Assembly (NCBI GenBank): GCA_016839585.1
Contig: JAEOTZ010000043.1
Coordinates: 1-48,941 of the forward strand
DNA length: 48,941 bases
Origin: Promethearchaeota archaeon
GTDB lineage: Archaea > Asgardarchaeota > Lokiarchaeia > Sigyniarchaeales > SOKP01
Direction of reading: 5' to 3'
Below are positions 27,103-37,526 of the stretch, one piece after another. The first letter of the stretch is position 1. Each line of letters begins with the position of its first letter. Both the position numbers and the translations under genes were made by a program. The notes under the pieces are model-generated. The model was not told the origin of the DNA and made no database searches. It saw only the letters and a program-made list of their open reading frames with translations.

Positions 27103-28311
27103 TTAGGAATAAAGTCTAGACTCAATAGATGCGTCTTTAATCTTATTCATGACTTTACTTATTGCATCTAGAAAGTCGTTAAAAACAATCATTTCTGCAT
27201 CCTTTCTTATTGCAAACATTCCGGCTTCTGTAGAAATCGCTTTAATATCTGCTCCAGTCGCTCCCTCTGTTAGATTTACTAATCTTTTGAAATCTATCTT
27301 ATCTTCAGTACTTAAACCTCTTGTATGAATTTTAAAAATAGCTTCTCTAGCTCTTTCGTCTGGAATTGGAAAATTAATCATTCTATCAAATCTTCCAGGT
27401 CTTAATAGTGCGGGGTCTAATATATCTACTCTATTTGTAGCACCTATAATTTTAACATCTCCTCTCTCTTCAAACCCGTCCAATTCACTTAGTAATTGCA
27501 TTAGTGTTCTTTGTACTTCTCTATCACCAGATGTGGCTATTTTTAGTCTTTGTGAACCAATTGCGTCTAATTCATCTATAAATAGTATTGTTGGGGCTTT
27601 TTCTTTTGCTAGATTAAATATCTCTCTTACTAATCGAGCACCTTCACCAATAAATTTTTGAACTAGCTCAGATCCTATAATTCTTATAAATGTAGCTTCT
27701 GTTTCATGAGCAACTGCTTTTGCTAATAGAGTTTTTCCAGTACCAGGAGCTCCATAAAGCAAAACTCCTTTAGGAGGATCAATACCTATTCTTTTAAATA
27801 GTTCAGGTTTCTTGAGTGGTAATTCTACAGTTTCTCTTACTTCTTGCATTTGGTCTTCAAGTCCACCAACATCTGTATATGATATATCTGGAATTGAATC
27901 TATCACTTCCATACCTTTTACAAATGGATCCAATTTTGTAGGCAAAATTTCCATAATAGCAAATGTTCTTTGATTTAAAGCGACTCTCATACCAGGAGTT
28001 AATTTTTCATTTCTTACTTTTCTGCTGGCATTAACAACAAAACTAGGCCCAGTTGAACTCTTGACTATGGCTCTTCCTTTATCATCTAAAAAATCGATAA
28101 TAGTTGCTGATACCAGTGGTGGTTCTCTTAATCTATCGATTTCATTTCTTAAACTATGTAATTCTTGTTCTAATCTTAAGCGTTCAGCATCTAGCAGCTG
28201 CTTTTCTGTTTCTAAATTTCGAAGTCTTTTTTCTAGATGTCTTGTATAAGTAATTAGATATTCTCCATCTTTAGTTTCTTCTTTTTTTCTTTTATCTTTT
28301 GTTGTTGTCAA
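27103..28311 (-). CDS. pan: Proteasome-activating nucleotidase
   Basis: N-terminal coiled coil and OB domain; GAPGTGKT; FIDELD; DPALLRPGRFDR; C-terminal HbYX motif LYS. Confidence 0.96.
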   Translation of the reverse strand: MTTTKDKRKKEETKDGEYLITYTRHLEKRLRNLETEKQLLDAERLRLEQELHSLRNEIDRLREPPLVSATIIDFLDDKGRAIVKSSTGPSFVVNASRKVRNEKLTPGMRVALNQRTFAIMEILPTKLDPFVKGMEVIDSIPDISYTDVGGLEDQMQEVRETVELPLKKPELFKRIGIDPPKGVLLYGAPGTGKTLLAKAVAHETEATFIRIIGSELVQKFIGEGARLVREIFNLAKEKAPTILFIDELDAIGSQRLKIATSGDREVQRTLMQLLSELDGFEERGDVKIIGATNRVDILDPALLRPGRFDRMINFPIPDERAREAIFKIHTRGLSTEDKIDFKRLVNLTEGATGADIKAISTEAGMFAIRKDAEMIVFNDFLDAISKVMNKIKDASIESRLYS

Positions 28312-28320
28312 ATAGAATAT

Positions 28321-28327
28321 ACCCCTT
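28321..28327 (-). promoter_or_regulatory. Shine-Dalgarno-like AAGGGGT upstream of pan
   Basis: Lies 9 nt before the TTG start. The same GAAGGGGTATA precedes tfe. Confidence 0.5.
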
Positions 28328-28563
28328 CATTTCTTTCAATAATTTTAATTTTTTAAGAAAATTTCTTAAAATATTAATAAACTTTTAATCATTTAAATTT
28401 AAGGTTGTAACTTTATTATCGTAGAGAAATCTCGATTTTTAAAAAATTTATATATTATATTTTATAATGATTACCCATTAAAACAATAAATTATAAGAAT
28501 TCTTGTTCCAATTTTATAAGTATAATATTCATGTTTAATTTTAAAATCATTTAAGGTTCAAAT

Positions 28564-29097
28564 ATGGCGAAAAAAGGATCTAGTAATTACAGTAAGGAAT
28601 GTCCCATTTGTGGAGGTATAATATGGGGAAAAGGACAATATGTTTTGCTTGAGGGTGCAAAGATCGTTGTATGCCAAAGCTGTGCTCAATACGGTACTAA
28701 AATCTATGAAAGGCCAAACATATCTCATTTAAAAAAATCAAATTATAATCAATCAATAACCAATTCTAAAAAATCCAAACCTAAACAAGATTTATTTGAT
28801 AATGTTGATATAGTTCCGGATTATGCTAAAAGAATCAGAAACACCCGAAATTCCCGTAATCTTAATCAAGAACAATTTGCCCAGAAGTTAAATGAAAAAC
28901 CCTCACTATTACGTAGAATTGAAGCTGGGAAAGTTGAACCTACAATAAAATTAGCAAAAAAAATTGAACAAATTTATCATATAAAATTATTAAAAAAAGT
29001 TGATGAAATCGAAGCAAGTGTAAATAGTAGTAAGTATATGAAAAAGTTAGATGGTTCTTCGCTTGGAAATATTGCTTTTATTAAAAAAAAGAAGTAG
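28564..29097 (+). CDS. mbf1: Archaeal multiprotein bridging factor aMBF1
   Basis: CPICG...EGA...VCQSCAQYG zinc ribbon; HTH LNQEQFAQKLNEK.S..RRIEAG; SLG terminal motif; divergent from pan. Confidence 0.9.
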   Translation: MAKKGSSNYSKECPICGGIIWGKGQYVLLEGAKIVVCQSCAQYGTKIYERPNISHLKKSNYNQSITNSKKSKPKQDLFDNVDIVPDYAKRIRNTRNSRNLNQEQFAQKLNEKPSLLRRIEAGKVEPTIKLAKKIEQIYHIKLLKKVDEIEASVNSSKYMKKLDGSSLGNIAFIKKKK

Positions 29098-29175
29098 AAA
29101 TTATTTAAAAAGAAATTAATACGTTTAAAATTTAAAATCTTATTATTTTTTATCATTATATCTGAGATTATTAAT

Positions 29176-31221
29176 TTATAATATTTTTTTGTGAAGCTTT
29201 TTAATTGTGACAATAGCGGAATTATACGCTCCTGACAATCCTGATTCTTCAGGAATATCAGGTGTTAAAAAATTTACATTCAAATTCTTTTTAGATGCTG
29301 ATGGTGAACCTGAATATATCAATGCCATACCTTTTTTCAGTGACATTAATTCTCCAAGAAAATATTTACATTTTCCATACTTATTTGAAACTAATACTTC
29401 TTCGCCTATTTCTAAACCAAGATTTTCAATATCAATTTTGTTTAAAAATATTTTATTAAAAACTTCTAAATACTGATAATTTATTTGTCCAAGCTGCGAA
29501 TGTATAAAATATTTATGAGATGGAGAGATTAAGAAAAATTCATTTTCCTTTCGGTTAAAAAATTTATTTTTCCCAAATTGAAAGTAGGAACCAGATGCTT
29601 GTATTCTCCCATTTGAGGTTGGAAAAGATAAATCCTTAAAAGGGATATCATTTTGATTAAATAATAGATGAAATCCTTGAGCTCTTATGTTTTTTTGTAT
29701 ATTTGAAGGTAATAATTTTAAACAATTCTGTATTATAGATTTCTCATCCTCTTGAAAAATAGAGTCATTTAACCATCCGAATTTCCAGGCTAAGCGTTGA
29801 TAGAGCTCGTAATTTGATAAACAATCGGGGTATGGACATGGACCTGCTTCATTGATAGAAAGCCCTGGAATATAATAAGGAGTGATTAGATCATGAGACT
29901 CTAAGTCAAATTTTGAAGGGATAACAATATCGGCATATTTTGTGGTTTCATTGAAAAATAATTCTTGTACAACAACAAATAAATCTTCTCTAGATAAAGA
30001 TTGCCTTATTTGATTTTGATTTGGAAGTGAACTTGCTGGATTAAAATTGTATATAAAAAGCAATTTATATTCTTCAGAAATTAATGCATGACCTAAATTT
30101 ATTAAATTTGTTCCTGGGATAGCTGAATGCTTAGAAGATTGGGTAATATATTCTAGAAGTGGAGGAATAAAACAATTATTAAAATCACTTTGGGAGTAAA
30201 TCAGGCCAGTACCAGGTTTTCCAAAATTACCAAGGATTATTGGAATTAAAGCAATGGTTTGGACTATTCTCCCTCCGTAATAGTCCTTCTGAACGCCATA
30301 CCCAACATTAAAAATTGTATGATGTCTATTTTCGACTAATAATTTTACAAAATCATTAATGGATTGAATTTTATTCCCAAATTGGGATAAAATCCTGCTC
30401 TCATCTATATTTAAAACTTCTTCTATTATTAAATTGTAATTATCAACATTTTGTATCAAAAATTTTTTATCATAGTTATATGAGCTGACCAAATATTTAA
30501 TTATAAGTTGAGCTAACAGATGATCAGTGCCGGGATATGTGTGAATGAAGAGATCAGATTTTTGAGCTATCTGTGTAAAGCGAGAATCAATAACGACTAA
30601 TTTTGCTCCGTTCTTAATGGCTTTTTTGACAAGATAGTATGCATGTATATTTCTATTAGAAAGATCACTCCCCCAAACTACAATTAATTTGGTTGAAGGA
30701 TTAAATAATTGAAAAGGATTTGTAGTTGAGTAAGTTCCAAATAATTTAGTAAGTCCAGCGCAACCTCCTTCATTACAAATTCCTCCATATGTAATCTTGG
30801 CCCCCAATTTTCCAAAAAATCTTAATGGAGCATATCTTGATAATAATCCATAATTTCCTGTACTAAATGCAGCAATAATAGAAGTTGATCCATATTTATT
30901 TTTTATATCACATACTTTTTTGTTAATTTTGTCTAATGCCTTTTCAAGAATTATTGGTTTAAAATTATTTTCTCCTTTTGGACCATCACGGATAAATGTT
31001 TTTTTTAACCTTTTTGAATGGTAAACTAATTCTTCCCTATGATTTAATTTAGAGCAGAAAAACCCATTTGTAAAAGGATGAGTTTTTGATGGTTTAGCAT
31101 ATAAGAATTTACGTTCAGGAGCAAAATCGTTCCATACACCTTGAAATACACATGATCCATAACAATCCTTTGAGCAGGTTCCAAATCTCTTTCTAATTGA
31201 GAGATCTTCATGAGAATTCAT
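29176..31221 (-). CDS. Molybdopterin-dependent oxidoreductase catalytic subunit (DMSO reductase family, YoaE-like)
   Basis: CSKDCYGSC...HPFTNGFFCSK Fe-S motif; PGTD; NPA.S.PNQ; ETTKYADIV.P; HSQ; C-terminal molydop-binding domain. Confidence 0.85.
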   Translation of the reverse strand: MNSHEDLSIRKRFGTCSKDCYGSCVFQGVWNDFAPERKFLYAKPSKTHPFTNGFFCSKLNHREELVYHSKRLKKTFIRDGPKGENNFKPIILEKALDKINKKVCDIKNKYGSTSIIAAFSTGNYGLLSRYAPLRFFGKLGAKITYGGICNEGGCAGLTKLFGTYSTTNPFQLFNPSTKLIVVWGSDLSNRNIHAYYLVKKAIKNGAKLVVIDSRFTQIAQKSDLFIHTYPGTDHLLAQLIIKYLVSSYNYDKKFLIQNVDNYNLIIEEVLNIDESRILSQFGNKIQSINDFVKLLVENRHHTIFNVGYGVQKDYYGGRIVQTIALIPIILGNFGKPGTGLIYSQSDFNNCFIPPLLEYITQSSKHSAIPGTNLINLGHALISEEYKLLFIYNFNPASSLPNQNQIRQSLSREDLFVVVQELFFNETTKYADIVIPSKFDLESHDLITPYYIPGLSINEAGPCPYPDCLSNYELYQRLAWKFGWLNDSIFQEDEKSIIQNCLKLLPSNIQKNIRAQGFHLLFNQNDIPFKDLSFPTSNGRIQASGSYFQFGKNKFFNRKENEFFLISPSHKYFIHSQLGQINYQYLEVFNKIFLNKIDIENLGLEIGEEVLVSNKYGKCKYFLGELMSLKKGMALIYSGSPSASKKNLNVNFLTPDIPEESGLSGAYNSAIVTIKKLHKKIL

Positions 31222-31279
31222 TTAAGGACAATAAAAGTTTTTTTTAAAAGTGATACGAGAAGTTAAGTACTGGAAATGA

Positions 31280-31864
31280 TTAAGTCTTTCTATCTATAGC
31301 AATTTTAGTTTTTTGGTTAAGTACAACTTTTTCCTTTAAGAAAGTGATAATCTTTTGATTATCCTGAGCTTCTAAAGAACCTCCACAGTTAGGGCATCTA
31401 AAATTAAGCTCAAAGGCTTCATCAAAATTATATTTAATATTTTGATCATTACAATTTTTGCAAACGAAAAAATAATTATTTTCTTCAAATTGTAATCTAT
31501 CTCTAAGTTTTCTTTCAAGTCGTTTTCTTTTTTCTATTAAAATTTCCTCTAATAAATCAAATTCATGCCACCAATAATAAATAAACCAACCAGTACTTTT
31601 ATCACGAATTCGTCTAAATTGTGCTAACTTTTCAGAATATAATTTATATAATGTTTTACGAACAGTATTGAGTTTTAAAATTTCACTGTCATCAGGTTCA
31701 AAATCAATATTTTTCCCCTCAATACGATCTTTAATATTTTCTGTTATATCTTCATCAGTTATATCCTGAGATTCAGAATTCAAAAGCTCGAGACCAACTT
31801 CAATGGCGATATCTCCTCCAATGATATATAAAAACGAACGTAAAAAAGGATTTAAATTCTTAAT
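31280..31864 (-). CDS. tfe: Transcription factor E (TFE alpha); probable non-canonical ATT start at 31864
   Basis: ITDED, LNTVRKTLY.L, RD..TGWF.YYW and FFVC..C...FDEAFE.NF.CP.CG motifs. In-frame N-terminal helix (FLRSFLYIIGGDIAIEVGLELL) lies upstream of the track start. Confidence 0.88.
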   Translation of the reverse strand: MKNLNPFLRSFLYIIGGDIAIEVGLELLNSESQDITDEDITENIKDRIEGKNIDFEPDDSEILKLNTVRKTLYKLYSEKLAQFRRIRDKSTGWFIYYWWHEFDLLEEILIEKRKRLERKLRDRLQFEENNYFFVCKNCNDQNIKYNFDEAFELNFRCPNCGGSLEAQDNQKIITFLKEKVVLNQKTKIAIDRKT

Positions 31865-31955
31865 TAAAGTATACCCCTTCTTAATTTAGTCGTATTTTGA
31901 TATATTTAAATTTTTTATGAAAATTAAATTTTTTTAAAATATAAAAATAAAATGA

Positions 31956-32738
31956 TTAAACAACCATATTATATTGCTTTTCTATAATCTCACCATCTAC
32001 CTTAATAGATCGTAGTAATTTACCTTTTCTCGTCGCCATGATCCGTAATAAACGCGAATCTTTAACATTTTTTGGAATATCAATATCTGTTATTTTGTAA
32101 TTATTAAATATAGTAATAGATTTCCAAATACCGGGAAGTTCTGATTTGAAATCAGGCATAGAAAGGTTTAATACTGTATCTAAATTTTTTTCTGTATTAC
32201 TAATATATCCTGTACAGAATTGAATTCTGGCGTTCACATCATCATCTTCAATTTTTTTCTTAGATGGTTGAGGAATTTTTTTTTTTGTTGTTACTCTGCA
32301 ATTTGGGTTTAAATTTAAAGATAATAAAAAATAACTATTTTCTCGAAATGCTTGAATACTTTCGAGTAACTTGTCTTTGACGGTCTTATCTAAAATATTG
32401 ACTTTATAATTTTTAGTTTGACCGGTAGATTTTTTCAAATTCCAATTATATCCTAAATTAGAAATGATTTCACTGATTTCAACACCTGATGTTAATGTAC
32501 CTTTTATTTCAAAAATTTCATTTGGATTTGAAATAGATTTTGTGACAATTTCAAGAATTAAATCTTCATACTCATGACTTCCTTTTAACGTAATTTTTGC
32601 TTTTGTTTTAGAAATCTTCATCGCAGGACCTATAAAATCACCTTTAGAATACCTATAGAAATGACGATGTATACTCTTATGGTTATTTGCTGGATCCTCT
32701 AAAATTGGAGACTCAATTACTTTTTGTAAGAAATGCAT
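31956..32738 (-). CDS. Conserved hypothetical protein
   Basis: 260-aa ORF with normal composition; HRHFYRYSKGDF.GP motif; family not recognised. Confidence 0.7.
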   Translation of the reverse strand: MHFLQKVIESPILEDPANNHKSIHRHFYRYSKGDFIGPAMKISKTKAKITLKGSHEYEDLILEIVTKSISNPNEIFEIKGTLTSGVEISEIISNLGYNWNLKKSTGQTKNYKVNILDKTVKDKLLESIQAFRENSYFLLSLNLNPNCRVTTKKKIPQPSKKKIEDDDVNARIQFCTGYISNTEKNLDTVLNLSMPDFKSELPGIWKSITIFNNYKITDIDIPKNVKDSRLLRIMATRKGKLLRSIKVDGEIIEKQYNMVV

Positions 32739-32889
32739 TTTTTATTCAGTATTTATTTTCTTAAATTATAAAGTAAAAAATATTTTAATATTTATCAATA
32801 GATCATAATTTTAAATATTATTCATTGATAAACTTAAAAAATAAATCATATTTTTAAATACTAACCACAAAACTTCAAATCAATAAGAT

Positions 32890-33090
32890 ATGCCAGCAAT
32901 CCCTTCATTAGCATTATGGGTCCTAGCTTGGATTTTTCTTTTCATCGGATTAACATCATTAATAGTTTTAGTTATATATACAAAATATGGTAGAGAAATA
33001 TCAATTCGATTATCATTAATAAGTATTGTATTTGCTGCAGTATTTTTAGGATTCTCTCTTCATTTCTTTTTATTAAATTGGGGAATTTAA
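32890..33090 (+). CDS. Small two-TM membrane protein
   Basis: Two hydrophobic helices; ATG start. Confidence 0.65.
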   Translation: MPAIPSLALWVLAWIFLFIGLTSLIVLVIYTKYGREISIRLSLISIVFAAVFLGFSLHFFLLNWGI

Positions 33091-33253
33091 TAGAAAATTG
33101 AACTCTTCTTTTGGTAATTTACTAAATTTGTCAATTTGAAGATGAGGAATTTTTCATTTACAATTTATTCAGTTAACATTTAAAAAAGAAGAAATCTAAT
33201 ATTCTTATTACTATATATTTAATTTTATAATAAGAAAAAATTGAAGTATTAAT

Positions 33254-33715
33254 ATGATATTTAATAACGATTCAGAACCTGTGTTTTTTATAATATGGTT
33301 AATACTGGCAACAATCATCGTAGCGTTGATAATTTATATCGTGGTAATTCTATTAGAATCCAAAACTAAAGCTTCAGATAAAAAGTTTATGATTCTTATA
33401 TTAGCATTTCTTATAGTTTTAATTTTACCAATTGTTTTGAACGCTGTTACTGCAGTATTGGCTGCAATAGGAGATGCTCTAGCAGATATGAGAAATGCTA
33501 TTGATGATGGGGGAAGAAATTATTTAATATTACTTTCACCAGTTATTGGATTTTTATTTCTTTTATTCTTAGTGAAATATTTAATTGATATACCATGGGA
33601 TCATGCAATCTGGGTATCTTTGTTGCTTTTATTCATATTATATGTACTATTTACACTAGTACCAGAATTATACACATTTATCTTTGAATATGAAATAGTA
33701 ATTACATATGATTAG
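33254..33715 (+). CDS. Four-TM membrane protein
   Basis: Four hydrophobic segments. Confidence 0.7.
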   Translation: MIFNNDSEPVFFIIWLILATIIVALIIYIVVILLESKTKASDKKFMILILAFLIVLILPIVLNAVTAVLAAIGDALADMRNAIDDGGRNYLILLSPVIGFLFLLFLVKYLIDIPWDHAIWVSLLLLFILYVLFTLVPELYTFIFEYEIVITYD

Positions 33716-33762
33716 AGTATAACTTAGTTTATTTTTTAAAATTAATATTTAAAAAATTTTTT

Positions 33763-36700
33763 TTATATTTTTTCTTTTAATTTAAGCCTTGGTGCCAAAC
33801 CTAATGACATCATTTCCTGTAACAATAATTTGAATGCATAAGAACATACAACTTTAGAAATTACAGTACTTTCTCCACATACCGGACAATATCTTTTATC
33901 ACGATTGCGATCATATACAGCTAAAAGTCCGCATTTTTCACAAACTAAAATAACAGTTCTATCAGATTCATCTAATAACCGTTCTTTTAATAACAATGCT
34001 GATCCATGACCAACTAGACAATCACGCTCCATTTCACCAAATCTCAATCCACCTTCTCTAGCTCGACCTTCTGTTGGTTGTCTTGTTAATATTTGGACCG
34101 GACCACGTGCTCTTGCATGAAGTTTATCTGCAACTAGATGATAAAGCTTTTGATAATAAATAGGAGCGCAATATATCCCAGCTTCATATTTTTCTCCTGT
34201 AATTCCGTTATACATTACTTCTCTTCCATTAAATTCGAAGCCCTCATCAACTAATTGTTCTTGGAGTTTTGTGATATCTGTCCATTCGAATGCCGTGGCA
34301 TCGCCTAATTTTCCATTACTACATGCTATTTTTCCACTAATGCCTTCAAAAAGTTGTCCTAAAGTCATTCTTGATGGCATGGCATGGGGGTTAACAATAA
34401 TATCAGGAATTACGCCCGATGAGGTAAATGGCATATCACATTCGGGTTGAACAAGACCTAAAACACCTTTTTGTCCATGTCTAGAAGAAAATTTATCTCC
34501 TAATTCAGGTATTCTTAAATCTCTTACTTTAATCTTAACTAATTTATTTCCATCCACAGTTTCAGATATAATAACCGTATCAACTATTCCCTTCTCATTG
34601 TGGCGCATATTTTTGGAAGTTTCTCTTCTATTTGGTTGCATTAATTCAAATTCTTCATAGGATTTTATGAATCTAGGTGGAGAAGTACGACCAATAAGCA
34701 CGTCTCCGCCATTTACTTGAGTTTCTGGCTCTATTATCCCATCAACCTCAGATAGTAATCGATATGATTCCGCAGATTTGAATCCTCTAACCCCTCTTTC
34801 TGGAATTTCAAATTTATCTACTTCTCCTCCTGGATATTTTCTTTCCTCTGCATCATAAGTTCTAAAGAAATGACTACGAGCAAGTCCACGTTCAATTGAT
34901 GCTTTATTGATTATTATCGCATCTTCTATATTAAATCCTTCAAAACTCATCATTGCAATAATAAAATTTTGACCTGCTGGACGTTTGTTAATCCCAATTA
35001 TCTCCATTGGACTCGTTTTCACTAGTGGTTGTTGAGGATAATGTAATGTATGGCCTCTTGTATCAAGTCGCAAATGCATATTTGCAGCAAATAAGCCTAA
35101 AGCTTGTTTAACCATCCCTGCCTCATAAGTATTTCTTGGAGATTGATTATGCTCTGGAAAGGGAATAATAGACGCACAAATTCCCAAAATGGCAGCCGGA
35201 GAAATTTCTAAATGAGTATATTCTGGTGTAATATCTTCTTCAAACATAGCAATATAAGCATTTTCTTCTTCTTCAGCATCTAAGTATTCAATCACACCTT
35301 TTTGAATTAAATCTGACCAAATATATTTTTGCAGTACAAGTTTTTCTATATCTTCTTTCATTATGAGTAATTTGCTATTCTTTAGAACAAAAAGAGGTCT
35401 AGTTGCTCTTCCAGCATCACAATTAATTTGGATTTCTTTTGAATCATGGTAATAACCAATATTTACATGTTGTCCAATTTCACCCTTCCTTCGTTTTTCT
35501 CTAATTTGGTGAATAAAAGGATTATATTGTTGATGAACACCTACTAGTTTTCCATTTAAAAAAACCTTTACCTTATCACCTCTAATATTTTTAACCTCAT
35601 TTATAGGTATTACACCTAAATCGATTAGAATATTTTCAATGATATTTTCATCTGCACCTACAGAAATTATTGATGCTAAGCCAAGGTTTTTAACTAAACC
35701 ACAATTTGGGCCCTCGGGAGTTTCAGCGGGACAAATTTTTCCCCATTGAGTAGGATGTAAATCTCTGGCTTCAAAATGAGGTTGACTTCGACTTAAAGGT
35801 GATATAACTCTTCTTAAATGACTTAAGGTTCCAACATGATTAGTTCTATTTAATAACTGACTTACTCCTGCTTTACCCCCTACCCAATTACCAGTAGCTA
35901 GAGCATGTCTAATCCTTTCTGTAATTACATCTGCTCTTACTGCTGTTTTGATGTTAGGGGCTCTTCCTCGAACTGCGGTTCTTTCTAACTGGTATTTAAT
36001 ATCTTTTACAAGATTCAAGAATGCTACCCTAAATAGTGATGTGAATAACTCTCCCGCTAATTTTAATCTTTTATTTGCATAATGATCTTTATCATCTGGT
36101 TCTCTAAAGCCTAAGGCAAGCTCCATTACCTTCTGCGCCATTTGTCCTAAATAATATGCTTTTTTAATTCTGTCTTCTTCAGAATTTCCTATATGTGGTA
36201 AGAGATATCTGTCTAAAACCTGAAGTGCCCTTCTAATACGATAATCCTTCGTTTGTCCAATCGCAACTCTTTTCCCAATATAATCAAGAGCATTTTGTTG
36301 TGATTTCTCAGGGTCTTTTAATACTTGAATTTCAGTTGCAACATCTATTACTGGAATCAATTCTTTTTGAATTTCATCATTCTCTGATATTGCTTCAAAT
36401 ATTTCTTTATCTGAATGCAACCCTAAAGCTCGCATAAGAATCGCTAAGGGAATTTTACCCGGAACAGATGGGAAAGATACTCTTAAATTTCCATCCTTTT
36501 TTCGTTCAATAGTAACAGGAGCTCTAAATCCACTTCTAGTCGAAAATACTTTTGCTTGATGAGTTGCGCTGGAACTTCTACTTGCTTCTTCTGCTAAAAT
36601 CCTATTAGGTGCTAAGTCTTCTTGGGTCACGAGAACACGTTCTGTTCCATTTATAATGAAGTATCCTCCTGGATCTAATGGATCTTCACCCCGATTAATT

Positions 36701-37134
36701 AATTCTTGTTCAGATAAACTCTCTAGGGGGCATCGACAACTTTTTAACATGATTGGAATTTTTCCAATATATATATCAAGTGTTTCTTCAGCTTCTTCTC
36801 TCTGAGTTCGCTCATCTATAGTAATTGGAGTCATTTCCAAAGTAATATCGGCAGCATAACTTAATTCCCTGATCCGTGCTTCTATTGGAGTAATCTCCAT
36901 AGTAGCACCATCTGCTTCGCGTACTTTAGGCACTCCAACCTTGATTTTTCCAAACTTTATCTTAAAACCAGGTATATCAGGAATTACTTCACCAGACTCA
37001 TCGACGATAGTTTGCATTTCATATTCAACAAAGCTGTTGTACGAATCAAGATGTTGCCGAACAAGCCCTTTTTCATCAAAAAGACTTTTTAAAATAACCC
37101 ATTTATCTTCATTCGTTAATTTTTCCGTACTCAA
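33763..37134 (-). CDS. rpoB: DNA-directed RNA polymerase subunit B (Rpo2, unsplit)
   Basis: GGYFIINGTERV, CPAETPEG.NCGLVKN, GDKFSSRHGQKG, RQPTEGRAREGGLRFGEMERD and C-terminal Zn site. Confidence 0.98.
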   Translation of the reverse strand: MSTEKLTNEDKWVILKSLFDEKGLVRQHLDSYNSFVEYEMQTIVDESGEVIPDIPGFKIKFGKIKVGVPKVREADGATMEITPIEARIRELSYAADITLEMTPITIDERTQREEAEETLDIYIGKIPIMLKSCRCPLESLSEQELINRGEDPLDPGGYFIINGTERVLVTQEDLAPNRILAEEASRSSSATHQAKVFSTRSGFRAPVTIERKKDGNLRVSFPSVPGKIPLAILMRALGLHSDKEIFEAISENDEIQKELIPVIDVATEIQVLKDPEKSQQNALDYIGKRVAIGQTKDYRIRRALQVLDRYLLPHIGNSEEDRIKKAYYLGQMAQKVMELALGFREPDDKDHYANKRLKLAGELFTSLFRVAFLNLVKDIKYQLERTAVRGRAPNIKTAVRADVITERIRHALATGNWVGGKAGVSQLLNRTNHVGTLSHLRRVISPLSRSQPHFEARDLHPTQWGKICPAETPEGPNCGLVKNLGLASIISVGADENIIENILIDLGVIPINEVKNIRGDKVKVFLNGKLVGVHQQYNPFIHQIREKRRKGEIGQHVNIGYYHDSKEIQINCDAGRATRPLFVLKNSKLLIMKEDIEKLVLQKYIWSDLIQKGVIEYLDAEEEENAYIAMFEEDITPEYTHLEISPAAILGICASIIPFPEHNQSPRNTYEAGMVKQALGLFAANMHLRLDTRGHTLHYPQQPLVKTSPMEIIGINKRPAGQNFIIAMMSFEGFNIEDAIIINKASIERGLARSHFFRTYDAEERKYPGGEVDKFEIPERGVRGFKSAESYRLLSEVDGIIEPETQVNGGDVLIGRTSPPRFIKSYEEFELMQPNRRETSKNMRHNEKGIVDTVIISETVDGNKLVKIKVRDLRIPELGDKFSSRHGQKGVLGLVQPECDMPFTSSGVIPDIIVNPHAMPSRMTLGQLFEGISGKIACSNGKLGDATAFEWTDITKLQEQLVDEGFEFNGREVMYNGITGEKYEAGIYCAPIYYQKLYHLVADKLHARARGPVQILTRQPTEGRAREGGLRFGEMERDCLVGHGSALLLKERLLDESDRTVILVCEKCGLLAVYDRNRDKRYCPVCGESTVISKVVCSYAFKLLLQEMMSLGLAPRLKLKEKI

Positions 37135-37180
37135 TATTCATTAAACCGCATTAATTATTATTTTTATAAAAGAATATTTG

Positions 37181-37456
37181 TTAGACTTTTTCCTTTTTCA
37201 CATATCGATAATAATCAACAAATTTTACCGTAGTATTTGATTTTCTAACTATTTTTACTATGTCTCCTTCTTTTGCCCCTATTGCAATAGCAACTGGATC
37301 TTTTTCAAACATCTGAGGCAGATCATTAACATCTATTCGGTATTTTTGTAAAAGCTTCTGAGATTCTTCTTTAGTTAGGAGGACATGTTGAGGCACAAAT
37401 TTATGAAGTAAAACATCTATCCGCTTTTTAGTCAAGAAAAAATCCTCTTTACTCAC
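37181..37456 (-). CDS. rpoH: RNA polymerase subunit H (Rpo5)
   Basis: HKFVPQH.LL, LP.M...DPVA..IGAK.GDIVKI.RKS...YYRYV. Confidence 0.95.
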   Translation of the reverse strand: MSKEDFFLTKKRIDVLLHKFVPQHVLLTKEESQKLLQKYRIDVNDLPQMFEKDPVAIAIGAKEGDIVKIVRKSNTTVKFVDYYRYVKKEKV

Positions 37457-37526
37457 AACTAATAAATAAAAAAATCATACTTTTCTAAAAAATTTTTCTA
37501 TTTTTTCGTTGTTTCTTCAAGAACTT

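Noticed and set aside
29176-31221. Selenocysteine recoding in the molybdopterin oxidoreductase
   Set aside because: No in-frame TGA; the likely metal-ligand position is Cys (GGICNEGG).
31680-31745. ~15-aa insertion in the TFE winged helix as a possible in-frame intron
   Set aside because: AT-rich with no evident hairpin or BHB, and it reads as plausible protein loop sequence.
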